Assembly: GCF_009914755.1 (NCBI RefSeq)
Contig: NC_060927.1
Length of the DNA: 64,000 nt
Source: the human T2T-CHM13v2.0 reference genome, Homo sapiens
Strand: one strand, 5' to 3'
Each line of letters starts with the position of its first letter. The first letter of the stretch is position 1. The position numbers and the translations under genes are program-made. The notes beneath the pieces are model-generated. The model did not search any database, was not told where the DNA came from, and worked only from the letters and a program-made list of their open reading frames with translations. Shown here one piece after another: positions 15,569 through 30,439 of this stretch.

Positions 15569-15866
15569 TTTGTTTGTTTGCTTGTGACAGGGCCTCACTC
15601 TGTCCCCAAGGCTGGAGTACAGTGGTGCAATCACAACTTTTTGCAGCCTCGACCTCCTGGGCTCAAGTGATCCTCCCACCTCAACTTCCCAAGTAGCTGG
15701 GACCACAGGCACTCGCCACCACACCTGGTTAATTTTTTTTATTTTTTGTAAAGATGAAGTCGCACTGTGTTGCTTAGGCTGGTCTTGAGCTCCTGGGCTC
15801 AAGCAGTCCTCCCACCTCAGCCTCCCAAAAGTGTTGGGATTATGGCATGAGCCACTGAGCCTGGCT
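15569..15866 (-). mobile_element. AluJ
   Basis: J-type Alu match. Confidence 0.9.
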
Positions 15867-16518
15867 GGGGATGTATTTTAGCAAGAGACATGGGAATAGG
15901 CCGATTTCTTAAAAGTTAAGGATTTGCAAGACACGGGTAGATTTTTCTGATGAATACGCTTTCATTTGTTAAGGTCTTTGTAGTTTCAAAACATTGCCAC
16001 TCATATTACTTAATTGGAAAGGGTTCTGTGAGGTAGCCAGATCGGAAAGGTAATTTTTATCTCTATTTTACATATGGAGTGACTGAGGTCGATGAAGCTG
16101 AGTAGCTTGCCAGAGGTCACACAGCTGGTCAGTTGCAGATGTGCAACCCAGACCTTCAAACCTATATTTTTTCTCTTTGGTTCTGGTGTTTTTTCCACTT
16201 CACCATGTTGAAAATGCCCCAAAGGGGGAAAGGGAGGAATGTGTATGTGTTAGAGGTGGATGGGGAAGAGGAGAAACAGTAGGTCCAGAGGAATAGGTTT
16301 TAATTAAAAGTCAGGCGGCCAGGCTCCATATGAACCAGGGAGTAGGGTGCATAAATGCCCATCTGAGCAAGGCCAGTGTTGAAGGGGAAGGAGTGATCGG
16401 AGTTCTTGTGAAGGCCGTGGGAAGATGGGTGGGACACAGGCAAACACATGAGAACAAAACAATGAGCTTTGCCAATAAACGACACACAGGCCAATTGTGG
16501 GTTGGCATCGAGAGGGTT

Positions 16519-16833
16519 GTTTTTTTGTTTGTTTTGTTTTGTTTTTTTTGAGACAGAGTCTTGCTCTGTCGCCCAGGCTGGAGTGCAGTGGCACGATCTT
16601 GGCTCACTGCAACCTCCCCATCCCAGGTTCAAGTGATTCTCATGCCTCAGCCTCCTAAGTAGCTGGGATTACAGGTGTGCACCACCACACCTGGCTAATT
16701 TTTATATTTTTAGTAGAGATGGGGTTTTGCCATGTTGGCCAGGCTGGTTTCAAACTCTTGGCCTCAAGCGATCCACCCACCTCAGCCTCCCCAAGTGCTG
16801 GGATTATTACAGGCATGAGCATGGCGCCCAGCC
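16519..16833 (-). mobile_element. AluS
   Basis: Alu match with (GTTTT)n tail. Confidence 0.92.
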
Positions 16834-17129
16834 TTCATCGGGAGATTAATGCAATAGAATCAGAAAATGCTTTGTTGGAGGGGGTGGAGTCTCCAGGTGG
16901 GAGAGGAATAATGTAGCAGGTGGATTTTTTTAATAAATCTTCACCACTTGTGGACTACCTAGCCTAGATTACCAATCTGGAGAAGCCCTTTCAAGAGGAA
17001 AATAGGCAAATAGGCCTTCCCTGCCTTTGGATCTGCCACTAACGGTGGAGAAGTGCTGAGCTTTGGGTTTTGATCTGCTCTATGGGGAGTGACTCTAGGT
17101 TGTCATTCAAATCAGCTTAAAGCTAAATG

Positions 17130-18765
17130 TTTTGGCTCTTGTAACTAAAGATCCAGGCAGTGCTGGCTTCAGGTGTAGCCTGAACCAGCAGGTTACATGA
17201 TATTAACAGGGCCCTGTTTTTCCCTCTGTTCCCCTGCTTTGCCATCCGCAAAGTTGGCTTCATCCACATGGTAGCCCCGTGGCGTAGGTTCTCCCCTCAC
17301 ATTTGTAAACATGGTTGCAGTAGTTCCAGACTTCACAGCAGCATCCCACACTGTTCAAGGAAAGACATTGTTCAGGCTACTCCTGAAGAATAAGGAAGCA
17401 TCTGTTTCCCAGAAGACATCTACTGGTTTCTTGTTGGCTCTGATTGTTTAATGTGCCCATTAGCTTGAACAAGTTAAGAACCACCCCTGAAATGGGGTAG
17501 GGGCCAATTCCACCCAAATGGCATGGATAAAATGGGGAAGTTGTAGCTTTTGAAAGGAAGTTTAAGGAAACTTCTAGAAAGAAGGGGAATGGAGGCTAGG
17601 CAATAAATTATGGAAGTCCTCCACACCTCCTGAAGGGATAAGGGAATTAAACTTCAGATACATTTTCTTTGGGGAATCCTTTGTGTGAGGGAGTAACTCT
17701 TAGCACAGGCATTAGTCAAGGTAATAGGCTAAGATACTGCAAAAGACATAATAATGTGACAAAGAACAAGAGACTTGTCTTCCTCTCACATAGAAATACT
17801 CCAGTGGTTTGCTTTACACTATTATTCTTGGTCCCATGTTTTTTGTTTTTTTTTCCCCTGTACCATCTCCTAAGCCTTGTAACCCTCAGTGTGATCAAGG
17901 CTAAGTTACCAAGGTTTTCAGCTCACAGAAAGGGGGAAGAGAAAGTGTAGAGGAGGCAACCCACTGTCTTGAGGGCTCTGGGCTGTCAGTGGAAACCACT
18001 TCTCCCTCTCACATCCAACAATGAGAACTTGGTCCATGGCCATGTGTAGCTGCAAGGACTGCTGGGAAACACAGTCCCTGGCTAGATGACTAGCGACCAG
18101 CTTACAGGTCTGTGATTATAGAGAAAGGGGAGAAGGAATTTTGGCTGGGAGTTGGCAATCTCCATCACAACCCCCAAACTAGGTTTCCTCAGAGGCTGGC
18201 CCATTCCGAATGATGTTCCTGTGACAGACACGATTTCCTCAGAGAAGAATCTTCATCCAAGGCCTTTCATTTTGGGAACCAGGAATGCTTAATGGGGACT
18301 AAGTCAGTTATAGTTAGGTTTAAATACATATGACAGAAAACCTAAAATAACAGTGGTCTAAGCAAGGTAAATGTTTGTGCATTTTTCTCTAATGTAAAGA
18401 CATTTGTGGTTGGTGTAGCATCATGGTGGCAGAGACTTGTTTGATTCCACTGTTCTGCCATCTCGGCATGTGCTGTCCTCCTTCTGCTCTAAGATGACTG
18501 TCTGAATTTCCGCCATGCCTTCACATTCCCACTGGCAAAAGGAAGGAGAAGGACCTTCCAGGACATTTTCTAGAAGTCACAGGCAGCACTTCCATTGATG
18601 CTCCCTTGATCAGAACTCAGTCACATGGTACACGTAGCTGCAAGGAGCACAGGGAAACATAGCCTTCTTTGCTGGCATTCAGGAGCCCAGCTTGAAACTA
18701 GGGGTTCTAATGCTGAGGAATAAGGAAGAACAGATACTAGGTGCAGCAAGAAGCCTTTGCCAGAG
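17130..18765. mobile_element. Cluster of degenerate MLT1-type LTR remnants
   Basis: Recurring motifs such as agaacttggtccatggcc...tagctgcaagga...ctgggaaa (~18020-18070) and cagaactcagtcacatgg...tagctgcaagga (~18610-18660). Confidence 0.55.
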
Positions 18766-18909
18766 ACCATGTGCCCTGGAGTCCGCACGGCATGCCTTCA
18801 CTTCTGCCGTGTTAAACTAATCTTCACCCTTAAGGAAAGAAATCGTCATAATAGCTGACATGTGTTGAGTGTATATCAAGTCCCAGGCAGTTTTCTATAT
18901 CATTTAGTC

Positions 18910-19400
18910 CTCACAGTGGCACTCTCAAAGGAGAGTTTAGTGTGGGATCATTTACAGAGGGGCCATGGGGTCGAGGGAATCAACAGGGGTTGGTGAAGTG
19001 CTCGGAGATTAGCAACAGCAGGAAGCCATTACCACCCCTAAAAGGGTCAGGGAAAGAACATGTCACCAGCCTGAAGAGGGCTTAGAGACATGGCCTTAGA
19101 AAGGGGCTGCCTGGCAGCAGGGACAGCTGTGGAATGAAGCCAAGCCAGAAACACTGTGAGCCTAGGCAGAAGTGGCCCGAGGAGGCTGATAAATACCCTT
19201 GACCTGTCTCTCCTCCCATCCTTTGATCTCCTGACAATGCCTCCCATTGGCTGAAGCCCACTGGAAGCCAGAGAACAAGGGAGCCTGGGGAAATAGTTTA
19301 GAGAAAGCAGCCTCCTGAGAACAGAATGGGGCAGAGAAGAGCGGAAAATGGATGAGGGGGCTGGTGAGGTGGGAGAGCAACAGAGAGCAACCCACATAGT
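18910..19400. mobile_element. ERVL-type LTR remnant
   Basis: gcctcccattggctgaagcccactggaagccagagaacaagggagcc motif typical of old ERVL LTRs. Family uncertain. Confidence 0.5.
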
Positions 19401-19665
19401 GTTATTAGAGGTGCCTTTTGCAGATAAGGCAGTTGAGGGGTGGAGAGGATAACTCACCTGCCCAGCTGGTGACAGAGGCAAACCCTCTGCTTCAGACCCC
19501 CATAAGGAATAAGGAAGGCAAAGCAAACACACTTGCCTTCCTTGTCTATCTGTGCAATGCTCTGCACATAGTAGGCATCTGATAAATGGTCAGTGAGTGA
19601 AACCTTGTGGACAGGCAAGGTTTGATATAAGAGGAGAAACGGTCTTCTCTGCCTTTTGGTTGCAG

Positions 19666-19806
19666 GTTGCCATGTCAAATCTTAGCGAGGCTGTGCAGGA
19701 TGCAGACCTGCTGGTGTTTGTCATTCCCCACCAGTTCATTCACAGAATCTGTGATGAGATCACTGGGAGAGTGCCCAAGAAAGCGCTGGGAATCACCCTC
19801 ATCAAG
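19666..19806 (+). CDS. GPD1L: GPD1L coding exon 3 (V76-K122)
   Basis: ttgcag|GTT acceptor, AAG|gtaact donor. [47 protein letters not shown]. 141 nt, phase 0-0. Confidence 0.98.
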
Positions 19807-20699
19807 GTAACTCGAGTGCATGCTGCCCAGGGCTAGACATTGGTTATCAGGAAATTTCATTTCCTCACACTTTCATCTGCTTGAGATTTGGAGCTGAAGG
19901 GGAAGTTGTGGCGGTTTTTCGTTTGTGTTCTTAAAGATGCTCAAAAGTCATAAAAAAAATAAGACTAGTTTAGCTCAGATTGAGAGTGGGCTGCTTTCCA
20001 TTGCAGCAGACTAGCAGCAGCAGTGATGTGAAGAGCTGTGCCGCCCCTTCCAGTCCACTCTCGGGGCTCAGCCTGCCATCTGGAAAGCACCAGCAGTTTG
20101 AATTAGCTGGGAAATTAATAACCATTAGTGCCCATTCTTGGATATATACCCTAAAGCATGTGTTTTTAACCAGAACTCCATGAACCACCTCTGAAGGTCC
20201 ACAGGTTGAATACAGGAAGTTCATGCATTTAAATGTGGTGGAAAAAAATCCTTGCATTCTAACTCATTTTAACCTCTAAGTGAAATGAGCATTCTCTTCA
20301 TTTATGAATGCAGCTCACAGCCAAAGTTTCAGTAATAGCAGTATTAGCAGGATCTGAGACCTTGTCAATAGGAGTCGCAGGGCTTTCATTTCAGTTTACA
20401 CCTTTTTCTGATATCTCAAGGTATCATTTATACTCATCACTACTTGGAAATTGTGGTAATTGTTAGACCTGCCATGATATCTTTTTCTAATTGCATTAAT
20501 AAAACAGTGCATATATTACTTTATCATAAATTTGTTTTTTAAACAAATTTCAACATAATTGGATTCCTGGGTTATTTTAGGTGTTTTGTTTTATGCATAT
20601 GAAATTCTGAGAATGAGTCCATAAACTTCACCAGACTACCAGGGGTAAGGCCCATGTCGTTGGAAAGATTAAGAACTCCCAAGAGAGGCTGTGCCAGAG

Positions 20700-21190
20700 C
20701 ATTTACAGATGAATGTTCATGAAGGCAAACCAGAGCAACCCAAATGTCATCAGCAAGAGAGTAGACAAATGAAATGTGAACTATTCATTTTGGAATACTG
20801 TGCAGTAAGTGAACAGAAACGAACCAGAAGTTTGATGCAGCCACATGAGTGAATCTCTAAAACGGTATTGTAGTTCAAGACAGCACATCACAGGTGAATG
20901 GCACAACTCTCTTTATAGACTTGAAACCCCAGGGATAATGACGTATAACATTGTCTAGGGACCATCCGATGTGGTAAAATAGTCAAGAAAAGCAAGGGAG
21001 CAATGCATACAGCATTCAGGACAGTGGTTCACCCTGGGGAGCAGGGGTAGAAGGAGGATGAACTTGAGAGGAGACACACAGGGGACTTCAGTGGTGTCAG
21101 TCACGTTCTATTTCTTAACACGAGTGATGAGTACATGTTTATTTTCTTCATTTGATTCTTCTTTAAGCTGTACATAGGCAGTATAGATGC
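20700..21190 (+). mobile_element. L1ME-type 3' fragment
   Basis: atgaatgttcat...caacccaaatgtc...ggaatactgtgcag degenerate L1 3' end. Confidence 0.6.
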
Positions 21191-21306
21191 TTTTACTCTT
21201 GTAAGTAGGAGACATTTTTCAAGTTGTGTAGCCATGGGACATCTACTATCCCATGCCTCTTTGATTTGGCGGTTTGTTCTCTCCTAACTTCTTGGCATCC
21301 TTGTAG

Positions 21307-21445
21307 GGCATAGACGAGGGCCCCGAGGGGCTGAAGCTCATTTCTGACATCATCCGTGAGAAGATGGGTATTGACATCAGTGTGCTGATGGGAGCCAACA
21401 TTGCCAATGAGGTGGCTGCAGAGAAGTTCTGTGAGACCACCATCG
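21307..21445 (+). CDS. GPD1L: GPD1L coding exon 4 (G123-G169 partial)
   Basis: ttgtag|GGC acceptor, ATCG|gtaagc donor. [46 protein letters not shown](G). 139 nt. Confidence 0.98.
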
Positions 21446-22869
21446 GTAAGCACTGCCTGGGAGGGACCCCAGGAGTCTGGACATTTGATGTTTGAACATG
21501 TACATATTCCATTTCTGATATTTTCTGTAATAGACTCTTCCCTGTCCCTCTTAACATTCCTTAGTTGGGCATTCAGTGGGGCGAGGGTTTTACTTAAGGA
21601 GGCTATTTTGTGGAACTGAAGTGTTTCAACAACCTCCAGAATGAATATAAATGAATATAGCCAAGAAGAGCATTCTGACTTGCTGTGATCCAATAATGAA
21701 TTACTGAGGTTAAACACAAAAGTGCAAGGTTGCTTGTACCAAGAAACAGGTGGCTACATCCATGGTAGGGGTCCCCTGGCCTCAGAAGCCCAAATTTTCT
21801 TTTCTTACAAATGTTAGTATCTGGATCCTCATTGATTCCAGTGAGATCTAAAAATTGGTTGAATGACCCCCATTTTCAGGTGAATGATAAGACTCAGAGA
21901 ATAAATTACCTGCCCCAAGATCACACACTAATGTAGAAGCCAGGAACAAATTTGAGTCTTCTGTTTCCTGAACTAGTAAGCCTTTTCTACTCTTACACAT
22001 TATACATTAGATACATTATTCTCACATTGACGTTATGAAAATTTTCATTTCTTTTGAAAGGGGCTTTGAGAATTCTCAAGTGTCCGTGTACTATATTAAA
22101 CGATGCTTTGTTGGAAGAGTAATATTATTGTATTTTCAGATGCTTTGCAAAAGTTTATCTACCACTGCAGAACTTACTTTCACCCTTATCAAACCTGCAA
22201 GCAATATGAATCATTTCCCCTTGGCAGCTTTGTAAAAGGAAGCTCTGAGAGATGTCAGGCTCTCTTGCATGAGATGAATGCGCAGGAAAATGTAGCTCCA
22301 GATTCTTATACCTGCCTATACGTAGGACTTTTTAGGATTTTTTTGGAATTTTCTACCTTAATTTTTATTTTTAATTATGGAGGTATTTTACATGATTATT
22401 ATGGAAGATAGAGATAATCAAAAGAAAGCCATTTTAAATTTTTGATAATTTTGTTATATATCCTTTTTTACTATTTGTATGAACTATTATGTTTGTAGTG
22501 AATCATATGCTGTTTAATAATTGCTTTATTCGCTGAATATGTAACAAAAACCTTTCAGAGTCTGTTAACATACTGTACATCCTCATAACTGCATAGCATT
22601 CCATCAGCAATTCCATATATTTGGATACAAAACTTTTTTTTGAAAAATAATATTTGTTGGAGAGGAGAAGTATCACAAATAATACAAAGAAGAAAAGAAT
22701 AGCCTATGATACCACCTGCCCAGGTTGTCATTTACGAAAGTGATACAGACACAGGTTTAAAAAAAAATTCAAGCACCATGAGAAGGTGGAAAAGTAGAAC
22801 TAAGATTGTAATTTCCCACCCATTTCCCTCTTCCCAGAGGGAATCACTGTTAGCAGTTTCTTTTTTGTT

Positions 22870-23197
22870 TTTTATAATTGCAACTTTTATTTTAGATTCG
22901 GGGGTACATGTGCAGGTTTGTTACATGGGTGTATTGCATGATGCTGAGGTCTGGGTTATGACTAATCCTGTCACCCAGGTAGTGAGCATAGTACCCCACA
23001 GGTAGTTTTTCAATCCTTCCCTCCTTTCTCTCCTCTCTAGTAGTCCCCAGTATCTGTTGTTGCTATCTTTATGTTCATGGGTACCCAATGTTTAGCCCTC
23101 ACTTGTAAGTGAGAACATGCAGTATTTGGTTTTCTGTTCCTATGTTAACTCACTTAGGATAATGGCTTCCAGCTGCATCCATGCTGCAAAGGACATG
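22870..23197 (-). mobile_element. L1PA/L1PB 3' end
   Basis: ggggtacatgtgcaggtttgttacatgggt...gtgagaacatgcagtatttggttttctgttcc. Confidence 0.88.
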
Positions 23198-23495
<298 letters not shown>

Positions 23496-23999
23496 GATTT
23501 CATTCTTTTTTAATGGCTTTTACTATTAGCAGTTTCTAAATATTCTTCTGGAAAAAATTTATTTATATTTGTATGCTAGTATGTACATATATGAATATGT
23601 CTTATTCTTTTACAGTAAATTCTTTTATTTATCTGCAGTTTTAATATAGCCTGTGAAATTGTTATGTAATTACTTATATTTTCCCAAAAAGATTAACTAG
23701 TTTGTTCCAACTCAATCCTATTTGCCAATAATCCTTTCCCAGTTCATTCTGGAAGACTAAATCTTAATCTGCAATCCCAATCCCTGATCCAATCCTGGCT
23801 AGGACTCTAGCCCTGTTTGTTGTAGGAAAGTTTCTAGTTGGGTACATTAGGCTTTTTTGGTTTTAAAAAACAGATAAAAGCACATAAGTTGCATTTCTTT
23901 CCCTCTGGCATTTCTTTACCCGGTGCTTCTATGCCTTCTCTGTGGGGTGGAGTGTGATAAGCACTGATGACCTGAATTAAATTAAGTAAAGCATTTCTG

Positions 24000-24288
24000 G
24001 GTGGAGTAGCTCTCGTGAGGCTAAAGCCGAGGATCTTCTGAGGCCAAGAGTTTGAAATCACCCTGGGAAATGTAGCTGGGAGTTTCCAAAAAAGAAAAAA
24101 AAAAATTTTTTAATTAGCCTGGTATGGTAGTACATACCTGTAGTCCCAGCTACTCAGGAGACTGCTGTGGGAGGATCACCTTGAGGCTAGGAGATTGAGC
24201 GAGGCTGTAGTCACTGCAGTGGCTATGATCACGTCATTGCACTCCTGCCTGGGTGACAGCAATACCCTGTCTCTTTAAAAAAAAAAAA
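24000..24288 (+). mobile_element. Degenerate AluJ
   Basis: Diverged Alu dimer with A-tail. Confidence 0.75.
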
Positions 24289-24640
24289 TTTAAGTAAAAC
24301 ATTGAAAGTAAGATAGAATATGAAAGTGATGTTTAAAAATTGTTTTATATAACCTGAATTAATTAATTTTTAAAAGTAGAGTCTTGTTCGAATTCCTGGC
24401 CTCATGGGATCCTCCTGCCTCAGCCTGCTGATGTACCGGGATTACAGGTGCGAGCCACTGTGCCCAGCCTATAACCTGAATTTAATCATGAGAAAATATC
24501 AGACAAGCCCAAAGTAAGAGATATGTTATAAAACAACAGGCCAATGGTATCTTTGACTCTTCAAAAAAGTCAGTGTCATGAAAGACAATGAAAGGCTAAA
24601 GGAGTGTCCCAGAATAAAAAGGACTAAAGATATATTACCG

Positions 24641-25072
<432 letters not shown>

Positions 25073-25755
25073 AGGAGACATGAGCACTATGTGCAGTGTG
25101 GGGTCCTGGATTAGGCAGGGAGGGTTGCTGTGGAAGACAATGCAGAGGTGATTGGTGAGGTTTGAATGTGGATTATATGTTAGATAATAATATTATGTAA
25201 ACATTACATTTTCTGTATTTGATCATTGCAGTGTGGTTATCCAGACATCCTTTGTTGATGCATAGGGACTATTTTAAATTGCGGTAGGTTCAGGAATCGT
25301 GGCCCACTTGAATCTTCTGTGGAGGGAAAAGATAGGGCAGCTTCAGGCCTCAAAATCCTGTCATGGTGAACTACAGTGCCCTCTTGTGGTAAGGTCTCCT
25401 TTCGTTCTTGGGGCATACCACAGACTCTGAGGCTTTTAATCCAGTCATTCCACAAATATTTTTCAAACCCTCTTATGTATCAGGCATGGTGCCAAATGTC
25501 TAGAATACATAAGCTCCTTATGGAACTTGTAAGCACACAAACACATATGGAATCACAAACTAAAATAAGGGTTTTGAAGGAGTTTTATTACATAGGTTAA
25601 TTGCCTCTAAAACTTGGTGTGACAGAGAAAGGGGATTTTCCTGTCTTTGGTTTACATTGAGTTTTGGGCAACCTTCCCACATGGCTGTCCGGCATTAGCT
25701 GTTCTGTACAGATGCCCTGAGTCCCTGCTTGCCATGTCACTGTTTATTACTGGGG

Positions 25756-25900
25756 TTTGTTGTTGTTGTTGTTGTTGTTTTTGAGATGGAGTCTCACGCT
25801 GTTGCCCAGGCTGGAGTGCAGTGGCGTGATCTCGGCTCACAGCAACCTCCGCCCCCTGGGCTCAAATGATTCTAATGCCTCAGCCTCCTGAGTAGCTGGG

Positions 25901-25934
<34 letters not shown>

Positions 25935-26080
25935 ACCACGCCAGGCTAATTTTTGAATTTTTTGTAGAGATGGGATTTCGCCATGCTGACCAGGCTGGTC
26001 TCGAACTCCTGACCTCAAGTAATCCACTTACCTGAGCCTCCCAAAGTGCTGGGATTACAGGCATGAGCCACCGCGCTGGC
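25756..26080 (-). mobile_element. AluS with internal (CA)n and (GTT)n tail
   Basis: Alu match; ~16 CA units at ~25902-25932. Confidence 0.92.
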
Positions 26081-26115
26081 TTATGACTGGTATTATATTA
26101 ATAATAAAATTCGCG

Positions 26116-26412
<297 letters not shown>

Positions 26413-27155
26413 GTTACTACCTATTATCCATGATTTAAGGTAATAAATTTTAAAAGGTACCTTTGAGAAAATATGAGATTGCTATAAATCAAGCCCACCT
26501 CTTGGATGGGCATTGCGTTATTTGCAGCCACAAAGGAACCCATAGACCCTACCTTGTATCTATGGCAAGCCAAGAGTGTGCCTTCCCCTGCCCATTCCTC
26601 AGTTTGTTCACCAGCAACCCAAGTTTCCAGCTGCAGATGGCTGGATTAAAGTGACTTGAGGGAGGGGCTGGTCTGCAATGTTCAGGAGCATGCTTCATGT
26701 TGGAGGCACTGAGCAGTGGGAGGAGACACGATGAGGCTGTAATATGATGTAGGGGCCAGGGGCTGGTTTACCCAACCCAGATGATGCAACAGTGTTGCAC
26801 AGAGTCACCTAGACAGCCTGGTGGACTGTTTAAAAAGGAAGAGAACAGTTTGCACAAACTGACATAGTTCTAACATTTGGAAAAGGGGAACTCAGCTAAA
26901 TGAAAGAACAGTAATGCTACAGAGTAGACTGTGTTTCTAAGTATTGGGTGTAGATATTGTGTTTTATTATGAAACTTTTCAGAAAAGTAGAGTAGTATCA
27001 CGAACCTCACATGCCCGTCACCCATCTTTAGAAATGATTAACTCCTGGCCAGTCTCATTTCATCCACTCCCCACCCTCTCTCAACCCTCAGATGGCCTGG
27101 ATTATTTTGACATTGTGTCACTTCTTGGTGTAGTTTTACTTGTTGACAATCATGC

Positions 27156-27463
27156 TTTTTTCTTTTTTTTTTTTTTTTTTTTTGAGACAGAGTCTCGCTC
27201 TGTTGCCCAGGATGGAGTGCAGTGGTGAGATCTCAGCTCACTACAGCCTCCACCTCCTGGGTTCAAGCGATGCTCCTGCCTCAACCTCCTGAGTAGCTGG
27301 GACCACAGGTACGTGCCACCACGCCCAGCTAATTTTTTGTATTTTTAGTAGAGATGGGGTTTCACCATGTTAGCCAGGATGGCTTCAATCTCTTGACCTC
27401 GTGATCTGCCCGCCTCAGCCTCCCAAAGTGCTGGGATTACAGGTGTGAGTCATCGTGTCTGGC
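27156..27463 (-). mobile_element. AluS/Y
   Basis: Alu match with a long T tract. Confidence 0.92.
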
Positions 27464-27700
27464 CAAAAAAAACTTTAGATTCACATTCGGTCAGTTAAAA
27501 ATGTATGTCAAATTGTAAATGATCACCTCGATTGGAAACGGGATATTTTTACTTTATTTCTGCTCCTATGTGTTTTCTAAATATCCTATCATGAACATGT
27601 TACTTTTATAGTAAGTAGAAACTTATTTTAAAGTGTATTAGGTGTGAAAATTAAGATTAGAGGCTGTTATTAATATCCTTGTTGTCTAACCTTTCAACAG

Positions 27701-27813
27701 GCAGCAAAGTAATGGAGAACGGCCTTCTCTTCAAAGAACTTCTGCAGACTCCAAATTTTCGAATTACCGTGGTTGATGATGCAGACACTGTTGAACTCTG
27801 TGGTGCGCTTAAG
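27701..27813 (+). CDS. GPD1L: GPD1L coding exon 5 (G169-K206)
   Basis: caacag|GC acceptor, AAG|gtaaag donor. (G)[37 protein letters not shown]. 113 nt. Confidence 0.98.
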
Positions 27814-28344
27814 GTAAAGTCAGCCTCAGGGGAGGAGTTCATCAAGCAAGGCAAATGTTAGCATCATTGAGTCTAATCCTCAAGAATGGGCTCTGTGTTC
27901 TGTGCACCCACATCAGCGAAGAATAGTGAATTGAGAGTCTTGTTTATAACTTCCTGTTTTGCTGCAGCCTTTCCCGGGTGGTTCAGTTCCTCTCTTACTC
28001 GTGGCTTGCTTTAACTTGTAAATATGGGGGAATTGTGATGTTTTGGTCTTTGGGAAGTTGGCAGCATTGATATTTGGAAAGCATGGGAGTTCCTTGATGA
28101 CAGGGTTTCACCCAGGAGCAAATGATTCTATTCATTCATGTTTTTCTCCCACACTTCATCCTGAGCAGGAAAAGGAACTTGTTTCCTCTGAATTATGCTA
28201 CTCTACTAGTTTGGCTGGTTGTTCTTATTAAGGGAAAAAATAATCTGCTGCTGGTAGAGGTTTTTCTAAGAATAGTTTTGTCTTTGCCCTCAAGAGAGAG
28301 AAGATGTGATTAAAGAAATGCACTCCACTGGCCAGTGGCTTGCT

Positions 28345-28507
28345 GGATTTTTGTAAGTGGAACTGTACAGTATGCACTCTTTTGTGTCCGGCTTCTTTGA
28401 TTGGAGGTGTATTTTTGTTTGTTTTAATGTAAATTTTAAGAGGTACTTCATACAGAAAAGTACAAAAATCATAAGTATGTAGTTTATGTTATCTTTTTTT
28501 CCCCTCT
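28345..28507 (+). repeat. Direct-repeat copy of 31259-31428
   Basis: GGATTTTT(G/A)TAAGTGGAACTGTACAGTATGCACTCTTTTGTGTC...GTTATCTTTTTTTTCCCCTCT occurs at both positions with only a few differences. Confidence 0.92.
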
Positions 28508-30144
28508 TTTGAGGTAAAGGGAGGTCTCCACACCTGGGCTCCTGACTTGTTGGCTGCTGTCTTTTAAAGCCTTAGGCACTGTCCCTCTCTCTGCCGTGAC
28601 TTGGGGGAACAACCAACAGGGAACAGCAGCAGCTACCTGCTCATTCCCCCTCACTATCTAAGTTGCCTTTATTTCACTATCATCTACAAAAAAGAGTGGG
28701 GGGAATAGGGGAAATAAAAAGTTCTCAATGTGAATGCCCCTTTTGAGCCACTTCTGAGTCATCTCTTTTGCAGCAAAAAGCCACCCTTCAGAAATTTGAG
28801 CATCTAGGGAAGAGGTTAGGCAATCCACCAGTCACCTGTCTTTATTGGATGGGAGTTGCAAAGGTGGAAAGAATGCCTGTCTATGCTTTCTCATAAATTG
28901 TATATGTTTTTTTCTAGTCAGAAGTTAAAACCACTCTCTAGAATTAACATTGTGTATATATGTGTGGTCATGATATATAATGAGCATTTAAAAAAATTAA
29001 AGCCAATTAAAGGCCTGGGCTCCTAGGGAGCACACATGCATATTTCTAAGCGCCTGTGTGGGGCATTCTTTGCATTAGCATTACATTACATGCAGGCCCA
29101 GTTATACATGTAAGACGCTGACTTTGGCTGCTTTGTTTATTTTTGTTGGTTGAGATTTTTATGTGTTTTTAATAGTCCTTCATTAAACTAATTACCACTC
29201 AACAGCAGGGGGCATCGTGAATGCCTAATTGCTCAGTGCTGGCCTGAGCTGCTCCAAAGCTGTTTTCAAGTGACTGGATGTTTTTGGTGGTCATGGAGAA
29301 GCTGTGAAACCCTGCCCAGAGCAAAGAGTGCTGGGTGAGAAGAAGGAGTCTAGATTGAGGTGAGGGCTTTGGAAAAGCTTCTGCTAATGGGAACCCATGC
29401 TGGTCTTGTGTCTGAACTTAGAATGGCTTTCATTTTTGCTGGCAGGAAGACTGTAAGTGGATGTGCCAGCTACCTTGATGGAAAGGGATTCATGGGGGAT
29501 GCAGGGAGGTGGGGGTTGAAGGCCCTTAATCATCCTCCCTGCAACTTCCCACACAATCTTTTAAAACGAGATCAGTTACCATCATTCCTGGGGGTTTGCA
29601 TCAGAGTTAAAATTTTTGAAAACTGAGAAACAGGCACTTGTAGCAATTATTAACTCCAACCATTGTCTTGCACAGATAAGGAAATCGAGATCCAAAGAGC
29701 AAATGACTTTAGGGTAGCAAACACTGGCACACTCGGAGCGTGAACACGGGTTTTAAGACTCTCAGCCCAGTTTCTTTGGTTACTGTGTACCACTTGACTT
29801 TTCTGGTTAGTAATCAGGCAGCATGAATGAAACGAAGCCCTCTCTCATCAGAGCCTGCCAGAGCAAGGACACATGGCCGTATGTTGCTTTCATCACATAA
29901 ATAACAGTGATGGGTTTTTCCCCCCGACTATAACACAGTCATATTCCTTGTTTTCACACAACAGAAAGGTGTAAAGAAGGAAGTAAAAATCAAATCACTG
30001 ACAATCCTACATCCTGAAATAACCTCAGTTAATGTTTGTTGTATACCCTTCCAATGTTTTTAGTGTGTACCTATGTGTATGGGTCCTTTTTAAAACAAAA
30101 ACTAGATATTAGTGTTCAAGTAGTTTGATTTTGTGTGTGTGTGT

Positions 30145-30439
<295 letters not shown>

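Noticed and set aside
17566-17580. Perfect three-unit heat-shock element GGAAACTTCTAGAAA
   Set aside because: Only nine fixed bases, so a chance hit in 64 kb is plausible. It lies in an LTR remnant with no supporting context.
21193-21717. 174-aa minus-strand ORF, and similar antisense ORFs over exons 3, 5 and 6
   Set aside because: Antisense shadows of GPD1L exons, with no recognisable domain or independent gene signals.
27697-27704. Alternative acceptor 4 nt into exon 5 (ACAG|GCAG)
   Set aside because: It would frameshift, and nothing in the sequence indicates it is used.
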